This document shows, piece after piece, positions 1-14,241 of a DNA stretch of 64,000 nt. Source of the DNA: Podarcis filfolensis. Its lineage: Eukaryota. Within the stretch, counting starts at the first letter, position 1. Each line of letters starts with the position of its first letter. A model generated the notes under the pieces. It saw only the letters and a list, made by a program, of their open reading frames with translations. It was not told the origin of the DNA and did no database searches. The position numbers and the translations under genes are program-made. Where the stretch lies: the NCBI GenBank assembly GCA_964270895.1, contig OZ185437.1. One strand, 5' to 3'.

Positions 1-1744
1 GGCCATACGCCATCTGTGCTTGGCAACTCTTAAGCTTTCTGAAAATTTCAAGGTTTCAAGCAAGCCTTTACCTACAAAGATAGAATCTAAAGAACTCCCT
101 CCCAACTGAGATCAATGCTTGACAAAGACCTTTATATTTCCATAGGCATTGTTTTTGTTTTCCTTATTAATTTTATCCAGGGCATGCATTTTTTAATCTC
201 ACTGTACACTGCTTGGAAACTTCACTGTTAAGCTGTATATAAACTCTTGAAGTAATTAAATAAAGATTGAGCTTCATTTCATATAATGGAAGTAGCCAAG
301 CAACAAGTTTTCTCCCCCTTTCAGGGCTGCTAAAATGCTTATATTATGCATACATGTGTCCAGGAAGCCCAGATTTTCTAGCTAGATAAGATTACACCCT
401 GGAAAATGCACAAGAGAAGTGTACGACTAGGGGAGTAAGAATGGGAGGGTACAGGAATGTCATCTAATGAGGGACTTGGGGTGCAAAAAATGGAAGTGTT
501 AGAGAAGATGTGATGAGGCAGGGTTTTTGAAGATCTGGCCCTGACAAGTCTAAAACTTTTGCAATTTAATGCAATTTAAATGATATTTGTGACCCCCAAT
601 GTTTGCATGCAACTCAACTTAGCAATAGTGGCTACCGCTGGCATTTCTTAGGCGTACTTTATCCATAAATGTATCAATTTTCAAGTATTAATATTTTAGA
701 CTTTTAGAGAAAGCTTCACAAATTAGTTACCATAGTCAAAACGAAGCACCTGTCTTTCTCACCCCACCCCAGTCACCCATCGCTAAAGTAACTCCTGACC
801 ACCAGAGAGGTATGTAATATTTTGGATAAACTGAAAGGCAAATGGCAAATTGCTTTTCTATGAGAATCACATAGGTGAGCTTTATGCAAAGTTTTCATTT
901 GAAGAAATTAATTACATTGTAGCTTAAATTATTCCAGTAGTAATATCAGAAGCAATAAATAATTACACATTATTAAATTACTTTATTATTGTTAAGCACA
1001 CGTTCCCCCTTTGTTCATAAAATGATCTCATATCTCAAGTGCCCCCTGAATTTATTTCATATATTAAGGACAAATATAATCCTCAGAATGAAATGGACTA
1101 ATTATTCGATCCAAAATGAGTAGGTGGGTGCTTTCCACAGCCCTTTTGTTCTTATACAAAAACCAGTTGTGACATGCCCAAACTTGCATCATCTTTCGGC
1201 CACTGTATGAAGAAATATTTGATTTTGAAAGAAAGAAACTTTTGGGTGGCAGGAGTTGCAAACATTCCTCCCTTCTTCCTTTATCTATGTCACTTGACTG
1301 GCGTCTCTGGTCACTGTTATCAGGAAAAATACAAGTAGGAATTCAATCCAACTCTTTTCCTTTCATTCTGGAAGTACAGGTCATTCTCCCCTCTTTGAGT
1401 TCTAACATGTCACAAACACCTCCCTCCCTCCTCTTCTAATTTTTAAAAATACAGGCTAGGCAGAACTGAATTTCAGATCAATTCCAGCTCTCCCCATCCT
1501 GGGTCTATGAGAACTTGTTGACGACAGACACATAACATAATGTAGTTTTTCTTTATTTAAAGAAAAGAAAATATTTTGCAGACTTCCCTATGAGTTAAAT
1601 GCTTTCTTTAAAGCAAATTCACTCATGGTAACCCATTCACTGATGAACACTTTATAAATCCTCTTAAAGGGAGTACATAGTAAGCATATAGTAATAGCAC
1701 AGTAATCTGAAGTTGTAATAATAAATAGTAAGCAAGCTGACTCA

Positions 1745-1990
1745 TACTGAGTCAGAACATTGGTCCAGCTAGCTCAGTATTGTCTACACTGATTAGAAGT
1801 GGCTCTCTAGGATTTCCGTATTGTCTACACTGATTGCAAGTACCTCTCTAGGATTTCAGTATTGTCTACACTGATTGGAAGTGGCTCTCTAGGATTTCAG
1901 GCAGGAGTCTCTCCCAACCCTACATAAAGATGCTGTGGATTGAACCGGAGCCTTTTTGGTTGCAAGGCTACTACTGAGCGATGGCCTTTC
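1745..1990 (-). mobile_element. Old tRNA-derived SINE-like element containing three tandem 41-bp units
   Basis: B-box-like 'ggattgaacc' near 1937. The body 'tgtctacactga...gtggctct' recurs in degraded form near 21085-21180 and, on the other strand, near 31900-32050. Boundaries approximate. Confidence 0.55.
1777..1899. repeat. 3 x 41-bp tandem repeat
   Basis: Units starting gtattgtctacactgatt begin at 1777, 1818 and 1859 with a few substitutions. Confidence 0.95.
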
Positions 1991-2182
1991 CCCAAGAAAC
2001 TTATACTCATTAAACAAAAACATGATATGAAGCAGCATTCCTTTAAGACGAGGGGGGAAATTCAAGATGTTTACACTTTATGGCTGGTGATCAAGTATCA
2101 TTTTGGTGGAAAGGCAAAAGATCTGTTGGTACAATGTACCCTGATTAAGCAAGATTAAAATGCCTATTAGAATTACAGTTAT

Positions 2183-2517
2183 GCTATGGGTTAAACCACA
2201 GAGCCGATCAGAAGGTTGGCGGTTCGAATCCTCGCGATGGGGTGAGCTCCCATTGCTCGGTCCCTGCTTCTGCCAACTTAGCAGTTCAAAAGCACGTCAA
2301 AAGTGCAAGTAGATAAATAAGTACCGCTCCGGCGGGAAGGTAAACGGAGTTTCCGTGTGCTGCTCTGGTTCGCCAGAAGCGGCTTAGTCATGCTGGCCAC
2401 ATGACCTGGAAGCTGTACGCCGGCTCTCTCGGCCAATAAAGCAAGATGAGCGCCACAACCCCAGAGTCGGCCACGACTGAACCTAATGGTCAGGGGTCCC
2501 TTTACCTTTACCTTTAC
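2183..2517 (+). mobile_element. Sauria-type SINE
   Basis: Perfect Pol III B box GGTTCGAATCC at 2221-2231, typical body, BovB-like 3' segment gagtcggccacgact and (accttt)n tail; 5' end eroded. Confidence 0.88.
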
Positions 2518-4421
2518 TTACTCTGTTGTTCTTATAATCATAATCTATACTTGGGATTCAATTCTCTGACTGCAGTCCCCCAAATGGCTCCAGGCCACAA
2601 GGGAGAGGTATCCTTGAGGAAACCCTCAAGATTGCAGAGCAGCCCACAGAAATCTATGGAGAAATCCATGAATTTAAAGTAACTGGATGGGGCATCAAGT
2701 ATGTCCTTCCACACTCTAAAACCCAATGAGAGCTGAGCACAAACCCAACTGACTATTGGGGAAGTTGAATGGAATGACTGGAATGTTGAGAAGAAGCATT
2801 CTACACTGCAACATTTTGTTGTAGATATTCACTTGTCCCTTGTCCTTTCCAATGCTCAAAGGTGAGTGATGGTCCTTATGTATACGAAATGGTACCGTCT
2901 ACATGCAAGAGGGAGGCATCAGCCAGCTTGGGGATCTCCAAGGTTTGCAGCAGTACAATAAACCTTCATAGGCGGGAACCCAAGAGGGGAACTGAAAGAC
3001 AACCCAGTAAGTTCTGAGTATGCTCAGTGTCTATGGAATACTTACTGTTGCAGCAGGGGCAGGAAATCAGGAGGAGGAGAAATGGGAGTATCATTTAAAA
3101 GGGGAGCATGACTAGTTGGAACAATGATCAATACTCCATACTTTTAACTTTTTCTGGGGTCTCATTTGAATGTATTTAATGGAAGAAAATCATTTGTTAC
3201 TATAGTCACTGATATGACCGACTACAAAAAGAGCCCAGATTGATAATATGATCTAATATAGTCCATTATGAGAACAGGGTTACACTTCAAGTGTATTTGA
3301 AAGTCTAATGGCCACTGAGAAGCAATTTCCATATTGACATCTTGAGGTAGATGTAAACAATATTCACCACTGTTACTTAGCAGGGAGGAAAAACAAAAGA
3401 CTAAAAAAGTAAGAATGGAAGAATTATCTGATTATTTCAGTTAAAAGTACATGCAGCATTCAAATGCAGCAAGAGTTCATGCTTCCATAAATGGGAAGAT
3501 TTATTCCTTGTCTGATGACCTTTGCATGCTGCAAAGCTCTTCTGTTCACTCAGGCATTTACCAATTGGAATGGGAGAGAAGAATCGTATGCCGGGGTTGA
3601 TGAGCTTTGCCGAGTGACATTTTAGTTGAGGACATAATAGTATGTTATGTTTTATACATGAACTTACAAGTGTCAACAGAAAAGACATTTAAATAAAAAA
3701 AAAGTATACTACTGCAATGGAAAACGTAAATGAGGACAGAAACAAATCACCAAGTATTCCAAAAGCTTTCTGTGTTGCTTTTTAGGTTAAGAGTGGACAT
3801 TACAGTACATCCACATAGTCTACATCCCCATCAGTTCACCAGTTTACCAACAACATGTCACATTCCCAAAATGCAGTAACTAGAGCCCCAGCTTGCTCCA
3901 CTCGCCAACCCCCAACACTCCCTCAGCTTAGCCCCCTAGGAACTTTCCCTTCCCCTGCAATGAATGACTAAGCTCCATTTTCCACCTTCCCAACTCTATT
4001 TCTGAAGCCACCTCTCTCTTCTATTCCACAGTCCATAGTATCCATATTTACCTGCACACATCCCATTATTACCACCACCCCCCTTCCCTACTCCTTTTTT
4101 CAAGTCTCACTTGACACAGACTACCTGCCATTTCCATGTCTCCTCCTCTTTCCTATTTTACAGCCCACTTTGCACACATGCCCCATGATGATGTATGTTG
4201 TTTTATCTTTGAGATGAACAGAATCTGAAGAACAAGCCTGTCAGTCAGATTGTTCAGTTGATGGATGTACATGTATGGGTGCTTGCTTGTTAATAAGATA
4301 CCTGTTCTAAATTGATACATTGAATCTGGAACTTCATGTTGAAGACAACAGACAGTATCAAGATTGAAATACATGATGTGAAGGATGAATAAGATAGAAT
4401 CATTTGTATATTCTATTCCAA

Positions 4422-4770
4422 CACTAAGGTCCAAGCGCCAAGGGCCTTCTGGTGGTTCCCTCACTACGAGAAGTGAGGTTACAGGGAACCAGGCAGAGGG
4501 CTTTCTTGGTAGTGGCGCCTGCCCTATGGAATGTCCTCCCATCAGATGTCAAGGAAATAAACAACTATCTTTTAAAAAACATCTGAATGCAGCCCTGTTT
4601 AGGGAAGTTTTTAATGTTTGATGCTGTATTATGTTTTTAATATTCTGTTGGGAGCTGCCCAGAGTGGCTGGGGAAACCCAGTCAGCTGGGCGGGGAATAA
4701 ATAAATGTATTATTACTATTATTATTATTTTTATTTTTATTATTATTATTACTACTAGTACTACTATTAC
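4422..4770 (+). mobile_element. L2-clade LINE 3' fragment with (ATT)n tail
   Basis: Homologous to the reverse complement of the 3' part of the 7422-8186 copy (ggttccct...gtgaggttacaggga...ctgtttagggaagttttta...cccagagtggctgggga). Confidence 0.85.
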
Positions 4771-7421
4771 TATACCTCAGAGTTAAATGTAAAACTGGTA
4801 GCCTTCTCTACAACCTGAAAAGCAGCTCCTGAGGTTCAGGGGATCTGATTCAGAGGCCTTCTGAATCAGTAAAAATAGCGAAAAGCCTCCAAAATTTCTG
4901 CTGTTGAGGCCCAGCGCATCCAACCCAGTGGCACGGCATATCTGTATTACAGTGCCTCCTACATATTTTCTTTACCCGACTATTTCCATATTTTAAAAAG
5001 GTCATTAAAAAGACAATCTTGGGAATATGCTAGTCTAATGGATGGCAGGCCACATAAATGGGCACATGTAGCTGACCCTTGATTCAGTTAAATTCAAAAC
5101 TACAGATAAATAAAAATATTTATTCCAGAAAGGCATTTATTCTGACCTTAAAAACTGAAAGCCTGTTGACAGCAGTGAAATGGTTGCTGGATATCTAGAC
5201 TTTCGGTGCATTAGCATATCACCCCAAAATACTAAACTAATGTCCTTCAGAAACTAAAATTAATGTCACTGCCCTTTGGTTTGTTTTTGTTTTATTATGT
5301 ATTTTGTGTTCTCTTTTGTATTTTTATGTTGTGAACCACCCTGAAATCTTCAGATGAAGGGAAGTATACAAATTTGATTAATAATAATGTCACTGTCCAT
5401 TTAAACAGTTGTAAAAATATAAAAGAACAAATTGGATTTTGGAGGAGAAATTGGTTGACTAATTGTATGGACAAGCTTGTTCTATTTTTTTGAAAATTAT
5501 TGTTGGTATTTGTACATTAGAAATCACACAGCCCTCAGCCAACTTTGGTGTGGTCCGCAGACTCTCACTGCCCAGCTGATTAGCGTTGAAGAGAGCTCAG
5601 ATTGGAGCATTCTTCAGCTGTTCCATGCACTAATCAGCTTGGCTGAGACAAGGGATACAACTGGATCTCAGCATTTCAGCACAGAGTGATGGGAGACAGG
5701 CCACGTAGGAAAGGTGGGTGGGTATTTGTGTGGTGAATGGGGAGGTTGTGTCTGTGAGGAAGGAAGTCAATACCCACCCATGCAGTAAATGCTATCTGAA
5801 ATGGTCAGCTACAAATCTAATTAAATTATGTTCATCACTGGCTTAACTTGATGTGCTGAAATGTATGGCAAATCAAACACAGATTACTACAATCACTGGC
5901 AAACACTGTTTTAACCACTTATTGGTTTTATCTACAGTAGACAAGCTATTCATCCCCTTTGAACTCATTAAAGTCAGTAATAGCATCAAACATATTCTTC
6001 ATACAAGTCTGTTTTTCAGAACTAGGTCCTCCCTTGTCCCCTAATATGCAACTTAATTTACAAAGCAGAGCCGACATGCTGCTTCTCAGCTTTGTTTCTC
6101 CTTATGTTTTATGATTTGGTTATTATCTTGGGCACTGCTTTTTCAATGGAATACTAGGAAGGAAAAAGTTTCATAAATGAAATTATCCGCTAAACTTAAC
6201 TCATTTTCCAGCCAGAAATAGCCAAAACATACACCTTACTCCCCTCCCCCGGCAAAGCATAGTTTTCTCTATGGTTTCTACTTGGACACAGTGTAAAACC
6301 AGAAGCAGCCCCACATGTGTCTGTCACTTCTGATTAACAGGTTCTCAAGCAGGCCTAACTGGTGAATTCTTATTATCTGCTTCTCACAAGCAGCTCAGGA
6401 CCCAAGAGGAAATGCTCTCTAATGAAAGCACAATTTAAGCAACCATTACAAATGGCAGGCCACAATCTACCAAGACTTTGGCTTGCCCTTTAATTGATTG
6501 ATTTGATTTACACTGCACACCTTCAATTTCCAAGAGTTCCCAGGGTGAGAAAATCACTCTTGCTTCTCCTTTAAAAACAAAAACAAAAATCATCCACTTG
6601 AACGGTACTTTCTAAATGCAAAAGTTGATTGCCATGGCCCCTGACCCTGGAGTCTCACAGTGCTCTGAGGAAGACTTAGATAAGATGGTGGTTCAGTCTA
6701 CTATACCTGGACAGCCTTTACTATCTCCATCTGTTCCCTCCATCAACTTTGAACTCAAAGGATAGGTCCCCAGAAGTCCATATCTTAGATCCATTCAAGA
6801 GCCAAAGGATACAGGATCAGGCAAGGCCCTTTAAGAAACACAGCCATCTCTTTCAAGAGAGTATGTCCTTTTGGGAAGCAGGTTTTCCCTTCCATGGTGG
6901 TTTCAGTTCCCTGTTATCTTTGCAACAGGGCGCACTGGAGCTGTCCAGGATTCTGTTTTATCCCTTGATTTTACCTGAATGACTTAACAGGTCTGGACCT
7001 TCCATGACTTTCCCTTACTGCGGAGCCAGGGGGGGAGGGACCTTTTTAGCTCCAATGGCCAGGTCTCTATCTGATCCTGCCCACAGGCCAACTTCAACAG
7101 GTGAGATGGGCAACCCACCAGCCAATAACATTATGTCATTCTGATGACACACGATTGACAGGTATGTTCTCCCACCCACCTATCAAAATCCCTTGCATAA
7201 GGTTCCCAAGCTTGGGAACCACAGTTCAAAATGCATTGCCAGACCTATGCTTTGCAAACTGCTTCTCACTTATCTTTTCAACTTCCTCTTTCAGAGGTTG
7301 AAAGAAGTAGCATGAGGTGGCTTCAAAGAGCAGTGCTGAACTGGAGAAGCAGTTTCCACTTAATGAAAACACTCCCTCCTCCTTGAGCAAGGCATGTTCT
7401 TACAACCCATCAGCTGGTTAG

Positions 7422-8186
7422 CAGTTGTTGTTGTTGTTGATGATGATGATAATAATAATAATAATATTAATAATAATAATTTATTTATACCCCGCCCATC
7501 TGGCTGAGTTTCCCCAGCCTCTCTGGGCAGCTTCCAATCAAGTGTTAAAAACAATACAGCATTAAATATTAAAAACTTCCCTAAACAGGGCTGCCTTCAG
7601 AAGTATTTTAAAGAGAAGATAACTGCTTATTTCCTTCACATCTGAAGGGAGGGCGTTTCACAGGGCAGGCACCACTACCGAGAAGGCCCTCTGTCTGGAT
7701 CCCTGTAACCTCACTTCTCGCAATGAGGGAACCGCCAGAAAGCCCTCGGTGCTGGATCTCAGTGTCCGCGCTGAACGATGGGGGTGGAGACGCTCCTTCA
7801 GATATACTGGACCGAGGCCGTTTAGGGTTTTAAAGGTCAGCACCAACACTTTGAATTGTGCTCAGAAACATACTGGGAGCCAATGCAGATCTCTCAGGAC
7901 CGGTGTTATGTGGTCCCGGCAGCCACTCCCAGTCACCAGTCTAGCTCCCACATTCTGGATTAATTGCAGTTTCCAGGTCACCTTCAAAGGTAGCCCCACA
8001 TAGAGCACATTGCAGTAGTCCAAGCGGGAGATAACTAGAGCATGCACCACTCTGGCAAGACAGTCCGCAGGCAGGTAGGGTCTCAGCCTGCGTACCAGAT
8101 GGAGCTGGCAGACAGCCGCCCTGGACACAGAATTAACCTGCGCCTCTATGGACAGCTGTGAGTCCAAAATGACTCCCAGGCTGCGC
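7422..8186 (-). mobile_element. 5'-truncated L2-clade LINE (ORF2 C-terminus, 3' UTR, compound microsatellite tail)
   Basis: Translation LGVILDSQLS...QLHLVRRLRPYL...HALVISRLDYCN...LQLIQN...HITPVLRDLHWLPV is typical L2 ORF2; tail of GTT/GAT/AAT repeats at 7422-7480. Confidence 0.9.
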
Positions 8187-10722
8187 ATTTCTTGCTCCAG
8201 CAAACAATCGGAAGCCCGCTTTAAGCTCCCAATTATTCCTTTGAAGAACTGCCCTGATCCACCCCACAGATCTATGACATCAGGAGTAGGGCGCATGCAT
8301 GTGCCTTTCCCAATAAGGCTTCATATGCTAGATGAGGATGCGTTGCAGACCAGGTTTAGCCCATGGCCAAAGGTTCCCCAGCCCTGAAATTCACACTGAC
8401 TGACTTCACCTGCCCAGAAGAAACTCAGCTGGACTGTGACTACTTCTATGCACACCTCAAGTCCCTGCAAAACAGGATGCTTGCACTGTAAAATAATGTA
8501 GTAGACTCTGCCAAAGCACCATATTCTCTACCAGGTAAACATATATAAGGACATTCCCCATAGGATAAATTATGCTCATTTTTAGCTTTGGAGAAATCTC
8601 CATATGTCTGGACAGAGTCCAGAGCTAACCATTCCCCAAAATATCACTGCCTCTCTTTACTTCTAGCTTTAGAATTGGGGAAATTTTAGTGAGAATGTAT
8701 CTCTCACATTCACTGAAAGCCAGAGAGAAAGGGAGGAGGGAGGAGCAGTCCTCTAAATCACCTTCAAGCATATAGCCAGAGCCCATTCTCTGCAGGAATG
8801 TGATATTGCTACCATTCTTTGCTACCTGGGAGTCGCAGACCATCTGGTTAGAAAAGGGGGAAATAATCATGACCATATGAATTGGATATAGAAGAGGAAA
8901 GGGTAGGAATCTCACAGCCACTATCTGTTGTTCTGTCAAAAGCCAACATGAGTCTCATCTGCCTCTACAATGAAAGACTACTTGGCAAACAATATATGCT
9001 ACATGCTATTTACATCCTGCCTTCAGTTTACTGATGCTATTTCAAAATATTTTACAAATTCTTGACACACTTGAGGCCTCCTATTTATCAATATCTCAAA
9101 AGTACATCCCTGACACAGAGCAGCACTAGGGCTAAAACTAGCACCTGCATTCAATAAATACCCTTCTAGTTATTCCTCCCTTTCAGTGGATGAGAATCTA
9201 TGGAGTATAGAATCCACAGCAATAGGACTTTACAGGAATAGGAAGAGAGAGTTGTCTCTCCTTTAAATGCAAGGAGAGCGGCCAGTCCACATTCATCTTA
9301 AACCTTCAGTTTGAAATCCAGTTTCACATTACAAGCATGCAGTTCCTACTGAAGAACTCCCTTTCCCTGGTAGGCCAAATGCTTCTCTTCAGTTTGCCAG
9401 GAACCAATCAGGTGAAGGACATTCCTACCTAACCAGTCATGTTTTGCTTCCCCAAACTCATGGCAAATGGGGGGGGGAGCAATTTAAGAATTTTTGAAGT
9501 GACTTTTCTTGAAGTGGCAGAGAAAGATTACAGAATTGTTCTGCTAATTTTTAAAATAAATTTTGTTTTCATACAGTGTGTGGTTATAGATGCTATATCG
9601 AGACATTAAACCTATATTAAAAGATGAGGGGGAAGCAATAGACAATTATGAGAGACTGATTTTCAAAAAGAATAGGTAATCACAAAATCGTATTATTTAT
9701 TTTTATATCCCTCTAATACTTCAGAGAACTTAAAGTACCATACACTAGATTCCCAAGCGGTTTTTCATTCAGAGACTTAACAGACTGTGATATAATTACC
9801 TTCAGATCCCATCTCTGTCTCTCAGTTACTTTGGCAGAAGGGGAGGGAATGCAGTTAAGAGTGGTCTACTTCTAAGGCCTCTCCAGAATCACTGCCATTA
9901 AGGACTGTCACTTGTTTTAAGAGAAATCCTGACACCAACATGCCCCCAAAGCAGTACAGAATTCCCATGCAGCTAATAATTTCAAGTAGAATAATATTCT
10001 ACATAGTTTCAACACCAAGGCTGACACTTCAATGAGGCGAGGTGAAGCAATTTGCCGTAGGCTGGAGATCTGACCTTAACACAGCACCCTTGCCCTCACT
10101 TCTAATATTGTAGCCCTGTCGCTGTTATTGCATCATGGTGGGAGTGCAGGTGCAGGTGCAGGTGAGAGTGCAGCTGCGGTAGCAAGGCAGGCAGCAACCC
10201 AGGCACAACATCGGGGACAGGCAGGAGGCCTGGATCAGAGAGGGGCAGTATTTTGTCTACAGCGGAAAAACGTAACAGGCTGCTCTATTCAAACACCCAA
10301 GGCCAGCAGAAGAAACAAACCGCAAAATGTTTTAATGAAAAATTCACTCCAATAATTAACTAGAATGAAGAAGACAATATATTCTCCTCCTATGAATGAT
10401 TCTCATTTCAAACACACATATAGATGGCTCTAGACTTCCCAATAAAGCAACGATAGTACCTGCACCACTACATTGTAAGCACAGAGACAACCCTTTTTCT
10501 TGTTCATCACCTTTCTCTAAGTAATTTTTTTAAAACCTCCCCTAAAATGCACATTCTACTGTATCAATAAAATAAAATAAAATAAAGGATATAAAACAAA
10601 AAGAACTTATGTTTGAAGGTATATTTTAAAATGCAAGGATATCTTGAAAGAGATTAAAAACCATATGCAAAGAGAATGACTACTCAAAGGGCATAGAGTT
10701 AAATAATCAAAAACATGTTTAC

Positions 10723-10887
10723 CTTTTTTGAAACGTGGATGTCAAAAAATGGTTTGTTACGAACACTAAAAGGTTCTTGTGCTTTATCGATTTGTCCAGT
10801 CTTCATTTTTTCATGTCGTGGGAATATAATCTCTTTTTCAATACATGCCAGACGAATGTTAAAATCACACTCTCCAACTGGTTGTGC
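10723..10887 (-). CDS. RNGTT: RNGTT exon 11 ([55 protein letters not shown])
   Basis: Inside supplied ORF 10699..10926; acceptor TGGCAG, donor GTAAAC, 165 nt. Confidence 0.97.
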
Positions 10888-11305
10888 CTGCCAAAAGAAA
10901 ATACACAATTTGTTAAATGTTTGCACATTTATAAAAATCTAAGTGGAATGGACTAAAATATCACCCAACAATTATCTACAACTAAACAGTATTTAAGTAA
11001 TAAAATGATAAGCAAAGAAATAAAAGGGAGGTATGCCATGCCACAACCCTTTTACTCAAATCATCAGAGTGACTTTACAATTTTATCAATTCAAGAGGGC
11101 TATATCACACAGTCAGCTGCAGAAAAATATTCCAAAGAAACCACTAAGCTAAACTGTTACCCATTCTCTGCAAATCCTGCTTTTTATTTCTGTACCATAC
11201 AGCACCATCTCTCGGTTATCCCCTCTTTTTCTGCTTCCTTATACAAGGCTCACTAGACTCCTATCTTTCTGCTATCCCTCCACAGGTATCTATGAGCAAT
11301 AGCCA

Positions 11306-11493
11306 ACTAACTTGTTCCATCAGTGCAAGAATTTCCACTTGCGCAAGATAACTTTCCCCCCTCTCCCCCCCCCATGCCCCCTTGAATCTGTTCTGAGGGT
11401 CCTCCCAACCCACCTGAGACTTGGGGAGGGTACAGGGCAAGGGGTTCCATTGCATGAGAGGAAATCCTTGCGCTGACAGAATGAGTCAGTTTG
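11306..11493. mobile_element. Degraded MITE-like element
   Basis: Imperfect ~32-bp inverted repeats (aactaacttgttccatcagtgcaagaatttcc vs reverse complement aactgactcattctgtcagcgcaaggatttcc, 7 mismatches); no clear TSD. Confidence 0.4.
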
Positions 11494-14241
11494 ATCCACC
11501 CTATGCATTCCATATTGCTCATTTCTCTCTCTCTCCATCCCATAGCACTCTCCTCTTTGTGCCACTGCAGATTTTTATGCAATATTACCCACCTTTATAT
11601 CTTTTCCTCCTACACAGGTTTATACTCACCCACTCCACCAGTTACCTCCCTTTTCCTTCTTTAAGTCTTTTTTGTTTTTGGCTGATTCTGATCCCTATCA
11701 ATGCTGTGTGTGACAGCAATAGCTGACAAGGCTTTCACTCTCCCAGGAATTTAGAAACTGCAAGAGTATGACACACAGGTGGGTGGGCAGCATGGCTGGG
11801 TGGCTACAACAGACTGAAGAAATTAAGCCAACTCCACCACACACTTCTGAATCAGAACAGGTGCAGTTGTACTGATAAAAGCAGTGTTAATTCCTTCCCT
11901 CCATTTCTGTGGGCCTTAGATGGTTCTTATGGTTGGTCAGCAGTCTCGAGAGACAGAGGTAGAAAAAGCACAATGGCTACCATGGAGAAAGCAGTTTCTA
12001 CTCACACTGTTGATTCTCTAAATGTGTAAAAGGGATCCCGTTTATTCCCACTCACACACTTCTACCTATACCTACCAGGTATGTTTTAAACCTTTTTGCC
12101 CACGGCCACCATATATCTAAATGACCTGCTAATGACAACACCTTGTTTTTACACACAAACAGCTGTGAGAGTTAGACATGACACAAGGCAGGTCAGACTC
12201 AATAGCAGTTAACCAACAGTTATACTTCATTATAAAATAAGTATAAGAAGAAAAATGTGCATTTTCAAAAGGTTACTAAAATTCATTAAGTGTTTACATT
12301 AACCAGGGTTCTGTTCCTCTAAATGACAGTTCCACTGTAACTGCTTCAGCTGAACTGCCAATTATCCTGAGCCACTCCTCCCAGCGGATTTGAGTACTGA
12401 GGATTTCCTGGATGTCACTTGCCTCCTGGAAACACAAGGAGTTTCTATGGAGCTTATCTTGCAGTCTTCACCTGGATGAGCTCCCTGCAGCCTTACCATA
12501 GACGCCCCCCACTCTTTGCTGACTATTGTCACTGCTTACAGCTCCTTCTGAGGCTTCACTGAAAGAAATGTCATGATTAACTCAGCCCCTTCTTGAGCCT
12601 AAGACAGTGATATCAGCTCTTTAAGGCAGACGATTGCCAGTCTCTTTGATTGCCTCATTTATGGGAGTGAATCTGCTTGGAACAGGGTACCCCAAAGTGT
12701 TTTGTATTATGTTCAAGTACCAACTAAGTATTTCAGATCTAGAATCCCTGTCTCTTTTGTAAGTCCTGTTAATATCCAAGTATGAAAAGCAATTCCACAA
12801 TTTTTCATGTTGAGACATTTTTGTGATTCAAGTGAAAGCAATCTAAATTCTACATACTCAGCATTTTCATTGAAAGGGTGTTGACATTTCAAACAGTAAT
12901 AACATTCGCAACTTCCTGAAAAACATTCATCACCTTTCTAGCACTTTTCATCAAGGTATTGTAGCAGCAATCATAGTATTGGGATTGCTACCTTGCCTGG
13001 AATAGGTTTGGTTTAATGGTTTCCTAGCTTTTTGAAATAAGATTTAACAGAAATTAGGATACAAGTATATGTGCTATAACTATATAGAAAAAGCAAGTGC
13101 TATATTTGGTCCCTATAACTTTATGTATTTTGAAGGTACTGAATTTTTCAATCCATCACACATATTTATGTGTTGCTAGTATGGTGGTTTTCAAAAGATC
13201 AAGTTTATTTATTCGAAATTGAATTGACACAAAAATTAAGAATGTCTCATACTCGCTTCTAGTCCTTCCTTCCCCAGCAATTTTGTGCTAAAGAGGCACC
13301 TTTAGGCATGGTAGCATCAAAAACCACTCTTGACCCCTTGTATATTTGCCACATTGCAAAAGTCTACTTCACATATCAAAATTTTACACTGTGTGGAATG
13401 GGAAGGAATAGAGTTAACACATTCATATTTGAGATATAGTATAGCTGCCGGAGAAAGGAGTGTGTACATGTATATTCACACATAGGATTAAGTGACAAAA
13501 CCAACTTGTAAGTAATAATACCTTCTTTACAGACTTCCTGGAACAGCACAGCTGTTACCTTCTCCACTGTTGCTCCCATACCACACTACTGTTACTGTCT
13601 ACATAATCCACATGGTATCATGCAACAACACCTAATCACATGGGCAGAAAATGTCAAAGCTTTGCTGGTAGCAGTAGGAGAGTGAATGCAGAAAGATTGG
13701 TGGACCTTTTTCAAAAATTCACCCTTAGTATTCTTCTCATGCCTCCTTGCAACATAACCAAACACACCACTCTTTCAACACGTGATATCAGTCATTCAAC
13801 CCAAAAGCTACATAGTGTGTCTAATGGTGGCTTTATACTAATAGAATGTAAGGTACTGCACATGAATCCCTCCAACCGACTGCAGTCCATGTTTCTCCCC
13901 ACACACAGAGAGCTTCTGAGGGTTGAGGAACCCCTGGAACAATATGAGAGGCTGATTACTCTTGGATGGTAAAAGATTGTACAACACTTAGATCAGATGT
14001 AAGCCTCTGCCTCCTGGTTCCACAGCTCTAAGATCAGAGATAAGTCTGTGCTGGCTCCTTGCTTGACATTTCAATCAACCATATGATTTGTCAGGTGAAT
14101 GGCCTAACCCACCTATCAAAAATGGCCCGCAGAAGGTGGGCCAATTGTGGATCCAGCTCTCCACCTAAGGAAGGTTTCCCACCCTGCGGATATGCCAAAA
14201 TCAGGTGCATCACCTTGCGTGGAAGCACTTTCAGCTAGTAT

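Noticed and set aside
1777-1899. Direct repeats as a CRISPR-like array
   Set aside because: The units are contiguous with no unique spacers, and the context is a vertebrate intron.
3551-3590. Minus-strand 'PIG|K' followed by GTAAAT, resembling the end of RNGTT exon 12
   Set aside because: The upstream residues (FFSPI) do not match the expected EVSHExDGLIFQP motif IV. No exon 12 was found in 1-10722.
12621-12960. Cys-rich minus-strand translation (CECYYCLKCQHPF) as a zinc finger or transposase relic
   Set aside because: No continuous frame or recognisable family signature.
13580-13972. 110-aa plus-strand ORF, and a minus-strand IHSPTATSKA resembling a tyrosine-recombinase HSxR motif
   Set aside because: The catalytic Arg and downstream motifs are absent; the similarity is too weak without a search.
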